In this document: piece after piece, positions 10,783 through 24,300 of the stretch
Layout of the letters: every line of letters begins with the position of its first letter
Position numbering within the stretch: the stretch's first letter is position 1
Assembly (NCBI RefSeq): GCF_018977255.1
Contig: NW_024704760.1
Coordinates: 4,526,001 to 4,590,000 of the forward strand
DNA length: 64,000 nt
Source: Callorhinchus milii
Taxonomy: Eukaryota
Direction of reading: 5' to 3'
Position numbers and translations under genes: made by a program
Notes under the pieces: model-generated
The model's input: only the letters and a program-made list of their open reading frames with translations
What the model was told of the DNA's origin: nothing
Database searches by the model: none

Positions 10783-13700
10783 AGAAAAGAAAAGTCATTG
10801 AAATTTGCCGGTAACATTGTGTTCAGAACTTTGAACTGCACAGATCAAGGTGCGCCCAAAGGGATTATTCATTTAATGGATTGATTTCAACCAGGTGGGA
10901 TTTTGTTTCAGATCCAGAATTTGGAGCTGGTTTAATTGCACAGAAACAACCCGACTCCTGGAAGCTTCGTCAATTCTACCAATTGAGGTTTGCACATGTT
11001 TGCGATCCTTTTGCAACTCGCTAATCGTTATGTGGAGGCAAAGTGACTGGCTTGAACCCAACATTTTTTTTTCTTGACATTTGAAGCACAGAACACTGTG
11101 AACCAAGTAGATCGGGGCTCCATCACTCCAGCCTTTCTCTCTATGAGTTCCTGAAGCCAACCAGGGTCACTGAACTAGCAACACTTATCTGCAGTGATCC
11201 ATTGCGGGGAGATTATTTTTGTCATGACTGGCAAAAAAAAATCTTCAAACACATTCCACTCAAAGTGTCATGATCTGTAAATCCGCTTCAGTGTCTGAGT
11301 ATATATTGGGGTTTGGATCATGAACACTTGGGACATTAGAAACGGGATATTTTCTGCTTGGATCAAGTTCAAAAGGAATTAAAGATACCACCGCAAAGAG
11401 TACGGAGCTTCTCCCTGTGCTCTGGCCAACCATCCCTCAAGCAAAAATTGGTCAATCACTTTCATGGCTGTTTGTGCGACATTAATTTGTCCACATTGGC
11501 TGCTGCATTTGCCTACAAACTACGCAGTCATTCCATATTATTTTGTTAAGCTTTGAGGTGTTTGAATGAGTGATATGTATCAATATTTGATTGCTATATC
11601 AAATTATTATTATACCATTGTACTGGTTGCTGCTCCTTATACGTCAGTTCAGTTTTGTACTGCGTTGAAGCTAATAAATAATATGGATAATAAGATCCTC
11701 CCAGAGTCAGATGGTATTTTCAAGAACTATTCCATAAGGGACATCTGCATAACATCTTTTATATAGCCTGCAATATCTCTGAAACTTAATTTGCACTGGG
11801 TAAAATGTTGAGTTAATTTTAATCCAGTGAGCGATAGAACTAATGTGCATTTAGTCTCTCATTGAAAATAATGGGAAGTGGAATGTGCAAGCAAAAGACA
11901 CCCTCTATTGATTCATTTTCTCTCTCTCTCACACACACACAGCTCTTTCAGCCGTCTCTCAGTGGAAATATAACATTGAGGTTGCGATAAATATTAACCA
12001 CTTTTCTGCATTAAAAACAAATTGCTTTGGAGTTGGGAGATCTCGGATTCAGTGATTTATTAGCAGTAGTGTGCGTGCCCCTGCACTGTGGAGTCAGTCG
12101 GTCAATTGTGCTGTCCTTAATTCTGAAGCATTCCATGCACTTACAGGATGCAGAGTCACGTAATAATTGTAATTAGCGCATGTTATTTTACGGGTTTCTG
12201 AGCCCACTCGCAAGGCGGAAGTTTGGAAAGCATCCTGCCCTGTAAATCTTTTGACAGCACCTAATTGTAGAAAAAAAAAACGCCTGTTTAGAGGGACCGC
12301 TATCATTTTATCTCTTTGCTTTCACACAGCAATTCCTCCTTGGCAGATGAAGAATGCTCTTGTTTCCAACTATCTCATCCTTCCAGACACCTCCTACCCA
12401 CTAACTGTCCTCCCATCATGGCATCAAGCTGTTTCTTAAGAAATGCGTCTTGGTTTCAACCAGGCTTCCTGATAACCTTTTCCAAAGGACAGCAGTTCTG
12501 ACAGTTCAATTTACACATTATATATTGCCTTACACGTCATAAAGACAAAGTGTTGGGCAATTCTGGCTCTGGGTAAAGAAATATCAATATTTTATATTGC
12601 CCTCTACAACCCTAAACCCGAATCCTCTTGTTTTGCTCTCTCAGTGCATTCGAGCATATTGTTCTGGGTTCACTTCCTCCATCCCATGTCAAATCTTATA
12701 TACTTCCATAAGACATCTTTCGAAGCTGAAGTGCCCTAGCTTGTCGAATCATTGCTCACAGCTCATTCCTCTAACCCTGGAGGAATGCACAGTCAGCCAC
12801 ACAAGACTCACTTACATCTATCACTAGAAAACATTGCTTGTTATGTTTACCCTTCACATCTCGAAACTCGAGGCAAGTTTCCTTGGTCCACACGCCTCCT
12901 GACATGAAAGGCGCTATATAAATGTAATTTGTTGTTGCTGTTAACCTAGCAATAAGTAAAAACCCGGTTGTTCGTCAATTGGCAGATCACTCTCTGGGGG
13001 TAATAGGCCCTCCAAAAATAATAATTAGTCACTCAATCCACAAATGTTTATGGGATGTTGCTGTGTGCAATTAGCTGCCACGTTTCACCCACAAAATATA
13101 CAGTATATTATGTTCTGTCACCAATGTGATAAGGAGCTATATCAAATGCAAGGATTACAATCTCTCTTTCTCTCTCTCCACGTCATATGCCTTCTTTCCC
13201 TTCCCTACCAAAAATGTGCATGAGAGCTCGCAGCTGTGTGTGATCAAATCTTTCCTTTGCTATTGGTACAATACGAGCAGCCATCTTGCCCTATTTGGCT
13301 TGAAACGATTGGCCTCAGAGAAGAAGATGTTCATGAAGGATGACAATTTTCAGCAAATTTAAAAATGGAACTAATTTTAATCTACGGAGTGATTTTCAAA
13401 TCGTTAAGCAGCAATTTAGTGCTGCTAGAGCTGTTTACAATAGATGTGGTGAAGATTGATCTTTGTATTTGTACCCTGGAGGTCTATTTAATCATACCAT
13501 AGGGGGAAATAACTGAGCGGAATTAATGCAGCTATTACGTGGGAGAGGTAAAACATTTCTGTATCGTACACATCACAAAATGCAGTCTCCGTCTCCCAGC
13601 TGTTCACTACCAGGCTTCACTGTCAACAGGGAGTTGAAGATGTCTTTTTTCCATGAGTGATCAATATGGGACACAGTAGGGGGAGACAGATGTCACGCTA

Positions 13701-14789
13701 TCCTGCTCAGCGAGGGAGAAAAGGCTCACTCTCATCACAATCCTCTGTTAAATAACCTGGTCAAAGAGCAGCAGAACCGCTCGGACAATAGAGATCAACT
13801 GTTTGGCAGCGCTGGAGCTCAAAAATATTGTCTGGAGTCAAGCACTCAAGCTAATGCTCATTACCTCCTAATCGAGCCTGAAAGAGAGGCAGTATAGTGA
13901 ATTACAACCACAAGTGCCTGAAAATACAATCCAAGAATTCCTGTGGTTGGCTGAAATAACCTATTTTTTTTTTAAAAAATGGTCTTTAGACGTTATCTCA
14001 AAGCGACCCATAGGAATCCTCCATTGTATAGGGTACAGGGAAAAGACAAGAGATTACATTAAATAGAAAGCTCTTTCAGGCAGTCAGCAAATGCACGATG
14101 CTCTGAATGGCTCCTTACTGTGACGTAAATTTGCAGAGATGATGGGCAATATTCCTTAAAGTCTGGTGTTTGACCAATTATCAAACAACTTTGCCTTTAC
14201 ACTGCGAATGGCACGGAAGCAGATTTTAACCCTTTGTAAGATTTGTTGAAAGGCAGGAGCTGTTTAGATCTTCACAGAAAAGGAAAATGATCCAGACTAC
14301 TTCAGAGGCTTGTCCTTTATGCCCAACAAGTTAAGTAGAATCGATTACAGTTTTTAACAGAAAGCTAATTATGCTGAGCCCACGTACACTGGTCTGCAGA
14401 ATAATAGTGTGTGGGGGGGGGGGGGGGGGGTGTGGGGGGAGAATTGCTTTCAGTAACCCAAATATAGAAGTGACAAGACAGGAATACAGACAATAAATGT
14501 GTTGCAGCCTGGTCAAACTAATGAAACAGTGACTACCCTCATTGTACATGTTGAGCAGGTTTAAATAAAGATTAGCTCAAGTGCAGAAGAGCTTAAGTGC
14601 TTGAACAGTCAAGATTTACACTACTTATGTGTGGACGGGTGCTTATCAATCGGAGATGCTACCTCACATGAAGGGCGCTATATACATGCAACGTGTTGTA
14701 TGAACAGAACGCGTGGAATATATCCACAAGCAATTCACCATGTTAAGAGACTCGGAGCTCATCACTGATCATTAGCAACAAGAAAGCAG

Positions 14790-17700
14790 CATTGCCACAC
14801 ATAACTTTAATATCAGTTGAACAGTATTTACATTCAACAATTGTGTAACATCTTAAATAACTTTTTACACTTGTTACACTTTCTCTTCTTTTTTTACAGT
14901 TTGGAACATTTCCCCCCCAAAAAAGGACTTGCACAATGTAGAAAAATCTTTACAGAAATATACACGCAAGAATAGTAGAATTACAAAAGGCACTTTATCT
15001 TCACAGTAGTGCTTCGGTTATTCCCACGCTCCATTCCCAGTATGCGCTACCATTGACCCGACATTGAAAATGGACAGTGTTTCCTTTTGCCTGCGGTGTA
15101 TGTCATTACAATATACATTGTCCGAAGCCATCACATCAACACATCAAGACTGACGGATCAGCTTCCTATTCCGATCCGCACAGCTTACTAAAGAGAACTA
15201 ATCGCGGTGTGTTCTATGGACAATCTAGGAAGTCTATCAAATAACTCGTGACCTTCTCACACATCTAGGGTAAGGGATTTCACCCTTAAGGAAAAAAATT
15301 ACATTCTAGGAGTCCTATAGGAAATACACTGAAGATTCTGTACAACCACTCTTCCCTTCCTCTGCTTCAAAGACCATCAAGTTTGTTTAACTTAACATCC
15401 GGCGGTGACTTTGTCGATACTGCAAGGGGTTTAAGAGCCTTCAAACTGAAGTAGACCAACCGACACAGAAATAAATACAATGCTATGTCAAAAGTACAAT
15501 GGGCAGAGAGTTTACTGTGCAACACTTGGATGTGTAAGTTTAATTGTCTGCCTCCATTCTCAACCCGAGTACTGAATGGGCAGTAATACGCTCGGTATTC
15601 ATTCAAGTGGTGCATTGCAACACCTGCTGTGTTGCGATCTTAGGTCCAGTGGTAAAATGTTTCAAGATGTCAAGACATAGTATTTCTACACTTATTTACA
15701 AGCAATTCTAAACCCTACTGACTTCTTACATTTACTTACGACTGGCAAACAATTATTCAAGAGTGTTGGACACTTTGCACGTGGCTCAGTAATCTAACAT
15801 GGCACAGTTCTGCAGTCTAAACGATTATATTACAAAGGTACATCCCAGAATAATCAAAACTGTAAACATGAAATAACTTACACTTAACAGTAGTTCTGTC
15901 CAGCTGGGCCAGGCTGCCATCACCCGAACCCAAAGGTTAACTCACACTTGCAATTGGACACAAAAAGACAACCAGTTTTTGCCCCTTTTTTCTCTTGGGA
16001 ATTGCCCCAAAGATTTTTTTCTTTTTTTTTCCCCCACCCCAAAAAAAAAAACATCTTCGAAGCTTGTATTTTGGGTTGGATAAATTACGAAAATGAGTGA
16101 AGTGAGCAGATCCAACCAATCCTTGGGTCTTCCCACAGAATACTGAGCCAAAAAACAAGGATGTTCTTCAATGCTGGAGAGAGCAAATGTGATACCCCAC
16201 TTGTAAAATGCTGAAACCGATGCACACGGTTGTGAACTTGGCAACTTAGCTCAAGTTACTGGATTCAAAAATTACCTTGCAAAATACACCAGAGGAATAA
16301 ATAAAGTGAGGCGTTCCTTGAAGCAAATGCTTGGTTGGACTTCTCTCAGAATAGGAGAGGTAGTTACAAAGTGTGCCCTTACCCTGCACATGCCTGCATT
16401 TGGCATGTGGAATGCTCGAGGAAACTGTGCAATTAAATAAAACGCACCTTAACACAAGGCAGTGAAATCCCAGTGAAATCAGTAGTACGGTTAGTGGGGG
16501 GTTGTCAACTTTGTGGGGTGTGTGCGTGAAAAGAGGTAGTAAAAATGTAACACAATAGAGCAACCCATATTATGACTTCAGATCAGGACTGTCACAAGTA
16601 CCGCAAATGTGAGAAGCAATATTTTAACACTGGTGCGCACAAAAGGTTGACTTTCAAAACCCTTTAAAGAGGGGTTGCAACCTGTAGCAACCAAACTTTT
16701 TAATCTACTGTTTAGCAGAGGTCCACAGATCCCAAAGATCTTGGTTGGAATATTTTTCTCTCTTCCACCGAGGTGTATTGAGGTGGCTCAACAGACGTTG
16801 CCAAATCTATGTTGTGAAAAGTGGACATTTCCCTCAAGGTTTGAAAGGTGTTCAAACACCTCAGAGATGATTTTTCATTTGGGAGATGGAAACAAATTGC
16901 TGCCTGTTGTACCAGTTCACTTCAGTTAAAAAAAACAGTACCCTCGAACACACAAGCTCATCGCAATTTCTCAAAGGCCCTGATGATCAATCCAAGTGTA
17001 ATTCCACACAAGATCCAGCATTCAGACGCACAGAATAGGCAACAGAACCGAGCATTACAGAGTTTGCTTGTGACAGACATTTACTTATTCCTAAATTTAT
17101 GGTCAGGGATTTTCTCCCCTTCTCCCCATCCTAAACGTTTGCATCCACTGAATTAAAGTGATGCTCATTCTCTGGAATGGTTCATTAAGATGAACGGTCA
17201 AGTCAAAATTAAGGTTGGGATTTTATTTCCATCCTAAAACCTCCCCTCCTCTAGTGCTCAGGTATAACCTTCCTAGTAGTTACGGTACAGGGACCAAGGT
17301 TTATGCTTGTAGTTATAATGGAGATAAATTAGATTGTAAAGTAAATGCACATTGTAAAATTCCTTACACTAGGATATGCCTCCATTACTTGCAAAGAAAG
17401 GGATATTCTAGAGATTTGTGATGGGGTGAGAGGAGAAGTTCTGCCCAGGTGATGTTCTTTTTCTTCTTCTTAGCATTTCCTCAACGTTCGAATAATTCTT
17501 AAAATTCAGTCAGCATTTTGAAGCCAGTTTCCTGAACTTCTTACAAAGAAACTCAAGGACAAACTGCTTCAATTAAAAGTGAATCGTCCTGAACAGCCAT
17601 GCTCAGAAATGCTCAGAGAAAGTCTACGTCTAGACTCAGATTGAGGTCCCCCCACCCCACCCCACATACTCCAATAACACGGACTAACAGTCAAAGCAGA

Positions 17701-18268
17701 TATTATGTCTGCGAGGGAATCAATGCTCTAAATTGCAATGTCTAAGTGACAACAGTGTAGGAAGGAAGTATTAGCAATGCATACACTCAGTAGTTCTGAA
17801 TACCTGCCCAGATCATCACAGATTCCCACCTGCTCATGCATCTCAAGAGGAATTTATCCACCTGCAAAACCATCATCTGTTGCCATAAATACAACACAGG
17901 ATTTCATTCAAGTGTTATGCATTGCGTTAAAATTAAACAAATGCAATTGGAGAACCCTCCTGCAGGAGCGAGTCCTTGCACGAAAGAGCCTCACTTGCCG
18001 AACGTGCAGAAAGACTGCACCTAATGTAGGTGTGCAGCTTGTTGTTATCTTGATGGAAGCAAAACTTCGACACCAATCAAGTGGTAGAAATGAGCTACAA
18101 GGCGGTAGCTTGCAAGCTCGTCAGTTCAGAGAGCCACCACCAAAACTGTACTGTTCTTTGGTCAGGACACGAAACACGGCTTTCCAATCTCGCGTCCCAA
18201 TCCTAGTTATTCTTCTGCGAAAGTAACCTTTGAGGAGAATGACGGCAGACTTCGAAACTGCGGACGCA
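14790..18268 (-). other. KIF21B: Probable KIF21B 3' UTR
   Basis: Follows the stop of the distal terminal exon; largely SINE-free; carries Pumilio (UGUAAAUA) and miRNA seed matches. Confidence 0.55.
14806..14811 (-). terminator. Putative KIF21B distal polyadenylation signal (ATTAAA)
   Basis: Minus strand ATTAAA followed by GU/U-rich GTTATGTGTGG...TTTCTTGTTG, at the end of a repeat-poor U-rich stretch. Confidence 0.5.
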
Positions 18269-18347
18269 TCAGTCGGGAAGTGTCATAATGTCCGGCGTGT
18301 GTTCGTTTGACAATCCTTTCGTGATCCAGGTTTTTATTTTGCAGTCA
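18269..18347 (-). CDS. KIF21B: KIF21B alternative terminal exon B
   Basis: TTTTCTTTCAG|T then [25 protein letters not shown]; phase 2, completes the last WD40 strand (D-x-x-I-K-x-W). Confidence 0.75.
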
Positions 18348-21300
18348 CTGAAAGAAAACGTGTGGGGGTGGGGGGGAAAAGTTACTCGGGGTTTCGGACG
18401 ACAGATCTTCGACTCTGAAAGAAGCACGTTCTTCCAAAGTAGTCACTTGATTGAGCCGCGAAGTGTTTTTTTAAAAAATAAAAGCAAATCGGCAATAGAT
18501 TTTTGTAATTTCAAATCCGCCTTATAATAATAATCCTGGCATTTCATGTAGTGCTTTTCACGTCTTCTCGACATCTCAAAGCACTTCACAGAATACGCTG
18601 TAAAGTGAATTGACTGTATATTTGTGGGTGAAACGCGGCAGCCAATTGCGCACAGCGGCGTCCCCACAAACAGGCGCGGATTGAAAATGGCCAATTTATT
18701 ATTGTTTTGTTTTTTGGAGGGATTATTACTAGGTGTGTGGAGTAAGGAAACTTGCCCAAGGTTTCGCCTTGTAGTGACTCCTATGTTTGCGGGGATATTG
18801 GTATGGTCTGAGGAACACCCATTTGTTGTGATTGAGCCCCTCACTCTGTTTTTAACCTGAGCTAATAAAATACCATACTCACCAAGCTCCTGCAGGCAAG
18901 TGGGTGTCTACTAGCAATGTAACAGTCACCAATACTTTCCAACAATAATTCCAGTATTGGATATAGCGCCTTATGTCATCAAGTGCTTCCCACGTTTTAT
19001 TGTGAAGTCTATTGACCGTGTATTTGTAGGCAAAAGCGGCAGCCAATTTGCACCCAGCAACGCCCCCACAAAACAAACAGCCATGAAGTGAACCACCTTT
19101 TTTCTTTATTAATCTGGGGTATTATTGTTGGCCAGGACACAGGGAGAAACTCCCTTTTCCTTTCGAATAGCGCCACAGGATGTTTAACATCCACTTGAAC
19201 TGGCACAGAGAAGGGATCTCGGTTTAACATCTCATCCAAAAGACGGCACCTCCCATCAATGAAGAGCAGCCAACTCCCCCCACTCCCCACCCCAGCAAAG
19301 CGCAGTAGACTCTGGTTTAAGGCAGTGATCAGTTAACATACAAATTTCCAGACTCTCAAGAGATTCAGGGCGGTGCGGTGTTAGCAGGGAAGAGCGAAAG
19401 GCACAATGAAAATGAGTGAAAGAAAGAAAGAAATAAAGTAAAAGGCTGGAGGGAAAATCAAATCTGAACGACACAAATTATGCTTAAAGCCTGAGTTAAG
19501 ATTTTACTCGCTACAAGTTATTGCCCAATCTTTAAAAAAAACCCTACTTATCCTGTATTGATCACCAAGACCGTAACAAACACTGAAGGGACACAGCAGA
19601 GCAAAGGTCATTCAGCCATTTGCACAATTGTCCAGTTTGAAGGTGGCATTGGCAGATCTGTACGTACATGTTGAATTTCGAGGGAGGATTTATGGCTTGT
19701 ATTAGACTCTTTATTCCTTAAGATTTTTTTTTGCATAACATGAGGCAGAAAAACAGTATTGATCCATGTTGGAGTCCACCCACCCGATTCTCCCCGATAA
19801 CCCATTGCAAATGTCCTTACCATGGCAATGAGTGAGTGGGTCATCAACTGTATGGGGAAGTGTGGCATTCAATCAATAGCATTCCACTCAATTAAGGTGC
19901 AATTAGCTCGAGCACAGAACAAGTGCATTAAGACATCAGGATAACTTGTGGAGGAATAGCGTTATAGACCCAAATTTGAGCTTTAACTTCGAGTAACTGA
20001 GCCTCAAGTCAATCAATTCTCCTAAATATGAGTTAATTTATTCCCATGCAGAGAAGGGAAAGCTACTTATCAAAAGCTCTAAAATCACAATAGATTAGAA
20101 AATAAATCTTTGACTTATTGAGTCTCGAAGAGTTTCACAGGATGTTACTGTGAAGGGCAGCGACTGTATATTTGTGGGTGAGTTTGTCGTTTAGGATTTG
20201 TAGCTATCGTTCAGTTAAGCCTGAAGTAATCATTGAGATATCATAGTTGGCAAATCAAATAGCTTGCGGGACATGAAGTTTCAGAAGGAAGTTTAAAGGC
20301 TGTCCAGGCTACGTATATTCAGAAAGGTTGAGAAGAGGATCACCATACCAAAACGAGCAGCAAAGAAGAGTCAAGTACGGACCAGAGCAGAAATCAGGAG
20401 CTTAAGGAACGCTACTGGCACGGCCTTTAATGGCAAGGACGCGGCGAGGCAGACATGGAGTCAGGCCAGCAACATAATTCCACAGCTTCACCCGGCAATC
20501 GCTGTAGGACACAGGAAAGGGAACAAAAGAGAGAGAGAGACATGCAGCGATAAGTTTGGAAGGTAAGAGATAGAGGAAAGTGTGGGGTGGGGGGGTGGGG
20601 TGGGGAGGGAGGGCAGGAGGGAGAAAGAAAGATCCAAGGATATACCGAAGCCTGACACAAGAACTGGAAATATAAAATGGTCGTCATGCGTCAGATCATT
20701 TCCATTTGTTATCGGTTTACAGAACGGGCACCATTATTAAGCGCTTTGTTAAGAGTGCAACTTCTCTTTTAACCTGGGTCGAGGGTTCCCAAAGCGCAGT
20801 ACAGTTCTGGCATGCACAGTCAAACTGAGAGCAAAAATCTTACACCCATTTTATGTCAAACAGATGTCCACAACAGGCCTCTCCCACCACCACCCACCCA
20901 TCGACCAACGCTCAACAGAACAAAGCATGTTTTTCAGACCTGGCAAGTAAAGGATATGGTTTTAATGAGGTCGGTTAATTTCTACTGTACTGCCCAGATA
21001 AAATTCCACTAGGAATGTGCGGAACAGATGAGTTAAATTGGTTATGTTAATATTTATCTGGCAGTTCCAAATCAACCACACAAGTGTATAATAATTTAAT
21101 CAGTGGCCAAACAAAGCAATAACATCAATCCGTGGAAACAAAACTCCTGCAATATTTCCACCTCCAACTTACCGTTCCCCCTCTTATTAATCAAGCCGGT
21201 CCTTTCATGGGGTGATTGATTCATTTAATGGAGTGCTGTAAACCTGCTCTGGTGTTATCTACCTACCTGGAAGCAGTGAAAATCTTGCTGGAATTTGTGC

Positions 21301-24300
21301 AGATGGCATTAATGGGGCTGTCGTGTCCTCGGATCTCTCCCAGTGGTGAGAAGTTGTCTATGTTCCACACTTTGAGCACCCCTCCTCGGCAACCGCTCAG
21401 TAACAGAGAGCGACCAGGTACAAAAGCCAAGGCACACACCCAATCCTTATGGGCATTAGGAATTTGCTAAACAAAATCAAGATACAAGTATTACAGCTCA
21501 GCCCACACAAGGACACAGTTACTACACTTTAACATTAATAATAATACTTACATTTGATAATGCAAACTCTGCAAAGTGCTTTGAGACGTTTCAATGACAT
21601 AACAAGGCACTATGTCAAACACAAGGATTATTATTATTTTTATACATTGCAAAAGCACAAACCAACTAATATAATTATATTAATATTCCATACACTGACA
21701 CATGCATTAGACATCAAATAGACTCTTTACCCTCAACAAGGTGATGTAAATTCAGTGTTGTACCTGTAATAGCTCTTGCTGTTCCAGGTCCCATTTCTTG
21801 ATCCCATTGTCCCGGGAGCCACTGAAGAGGATGTCCTCGTGGATGGCCAAAGACTCGATCCCATCGTAGTGAGGAGGCTCAAAGTTGTGCGTGGGACCGA
21901 CGTTTCCAAGAGTACCTTCTGCAATTTCAAACTTCTGCAAAAAAAAAAAAAAGTGGGGAAAAAAAAGCAAGGGGTTGAAGACATCCTCCTGACATGAGAG
22001 ACGCTGTATAAATTGTTGTTGTTGACGAGTTACAAGAACGTTACCTTCACATAGTGATCCTTTGATCCGGTGATGACTAGGTCATGTTTCGGTGCCATCT
22101 TCTCCACAGTGAGGCACATCACTGGTCCAATGTGACCTGTCAGTTTCCCAACGGGCTGCATTCTGTAAAGAAGAGAGAGGGAGAGAAAAGGAGTGAGAGC
22201 GGTGGAGGAGAGAAAGGGGGGGGTATAAAGGGGTATGGGTGGGGGGTGGGGGGGGAGCGAGATCAAGAAACAATCAGAAGAAAAGAAACAAGACATAAAT
22301 ACTGGAGGAAGACCAAAAGCAGTCCTGAAACACCAAAATTAACTAAAAGATCCTTTGTTTAAGATGGAAAAAGTTCATTTTGAAAGAAACCGAAAAGCAG
22401 GAAATGCGCGACAAATTGTTGAGTGACAAATGAGACGATTGTTTCAGAGTTTATTTTTATTTCAGGTGTCCAGCTGACACTGCATTTTGGAAAAAAAATA
22501 CGGGTTCTTCCGAGCAAGCAAGGTGAGGCATTTATTTATATTACTGGAATAACCCCTGGGTATGAAATCAATCGGTTATTCACCTCATGGCTGTTTGTTG
22601 CGGCTTTGCTGTGCATAAATTGGATGGTGCATTTCCCCTACAAACACACTTGACAGCATTTGCCTGCGACGTGCTATGAAACGCTTTGACGTTCTAGATC
22701 CTGTCTCAGGCAAATACGAGGATTATATATTTATACTCCTCAAAATTAGTTGGAAGGCAATGATCATGCAATATCATCAACTAAAAAACATTCACGGATC
22801 TCAAACCTTTCAATAGTTAAAGCCGTCTTAATCTCAAGCCTAATCGCTGTGTTAAATGTCTTGTTCTGAAACTCCCATGCAGAAAAGGGGATGGAATTCA
22901 AAATCCTCGTCCTTGCCATCGAGGCCGTCCACGGTATTTCCCCTTCCTACTTCAGTGACCTGCTCACCCCATATCAACCTGTCCACTCCCTCCGCTCAGC
23001 AGGCTCTGGCTGGTCCATATCCACCATCCGGCCAGCTTCATCATCGGCAATTGGGCCTTCAGCCTCTCTATATCCCCACCTTCTGGAGCTCCAACCCACA
23101 TTCCCTTCCCTTGCCTCCTTCAAGGCACCTCTCAACAAACCTTCCTTTTCCAACGTGCCTTCAGCCCACCCTCCTATCCTCCCTGCCCTCCACCCTCCCT
23201 CACCCCAATCCCTCCTCCCACCTGGGCTCGGGTCAAATCCCTGACTGTCCAGGGCCTTGAGGCGTCCTCCCAACGTGGAAGGCATTATATAAATGTAATG
23301 TTGTATTGTATTGCATTCAGTAAAGCAATCTTACCTTTTAAGGTCCCAGATCCGAACCGAGTTTCCGGTAGCAGCATAGAGGAGAGTGCCAGCAGGGTTC
23401 AATGCGATCTGGTTGATCTGGTGCTCACCTTGGGCAATGCTGACTGTTCTGCTGGCTGTGCTGGCACACGCATCGCCTGAAATGACCTGACCCGAGGAGC
23501 TGGGCAATAAGGAAAGCAGATGGTCATTCATCTTCAAACTGTTACACACTGGCATTTTGGACCCTACTCAATTTTATTCCAATTGTGGCTCAAGTGCTCT
23601 GTAAATTGGCTTCCCATCCACAAGCAAGTATATAATTAACAACAATAAAACAGCAATGAGGACAAGCCAAAGTTACAGTCGGTTTCTTCCAATGAAGTGG
23701 AAATCTTAATCTCTCCATTGTTCAAAGGTATAGGTTAGGATCAAACGTCCATTTTTAAAATTGGGTTCATGAATCCTAGTTAAAGAATCAATGGTTTAAG
23801 TTTAAATTGATTAGCTTTTCAGATTAGATTTCGCCCACAAAATACACAAGTCAATCCGCTTTACATGTTATCCTGTGACGTTCTTTGAGATATCTCAACG
23901 ATGTGATAAGGTGCTATATCAAATATAAAAATTATTATTACTATTAGATTGAAATTAATGACTAGATGTGTGAATTTCTGCTCAGACTATTTTGATTTCT
24001 TTGACAGAATTCTATGACAGAAACCTACGAGTGATCAATATCTATAAACCTCCCATTTAATCCACTGATGTCCTATGAAGTCTACCGTGACATTACAGCA
24101 ATAGTAAAGCCACAAATAAACCTAATTTGGATTAATGTAAACCATTATTTAAAAGCCTTGAGAATAATTCTTTCTGATGTCTTTATTTAGAGGAGTGCAG
24201 TTTGGACAAGGATTGATTTGTTCACGAATGCTTAGGTTTTGGTTTGAAGACAAGTTTGCTTTGAAGATATAACCATTCTTTATGAAAGAAGAAAAAACAG

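Noticed and set aside
10182-10884. Overlapping 148-162 aa ORFs
   Set aside because: Stop-free only because of the CT-rich tract; Pro/Leu/Ser or Gly/Arg/Glu low complexity
10911-10987. Possible second exon of the 97-aa gene (TTTCAG|ATCCAG...GAG|GTTTG; DPEFGAGLIA vaguely like the SDR DSGFG)
   Set aside because: No suitable donor in the ORF, no TGxxxGxG, and the following sequence is unlike an SDR
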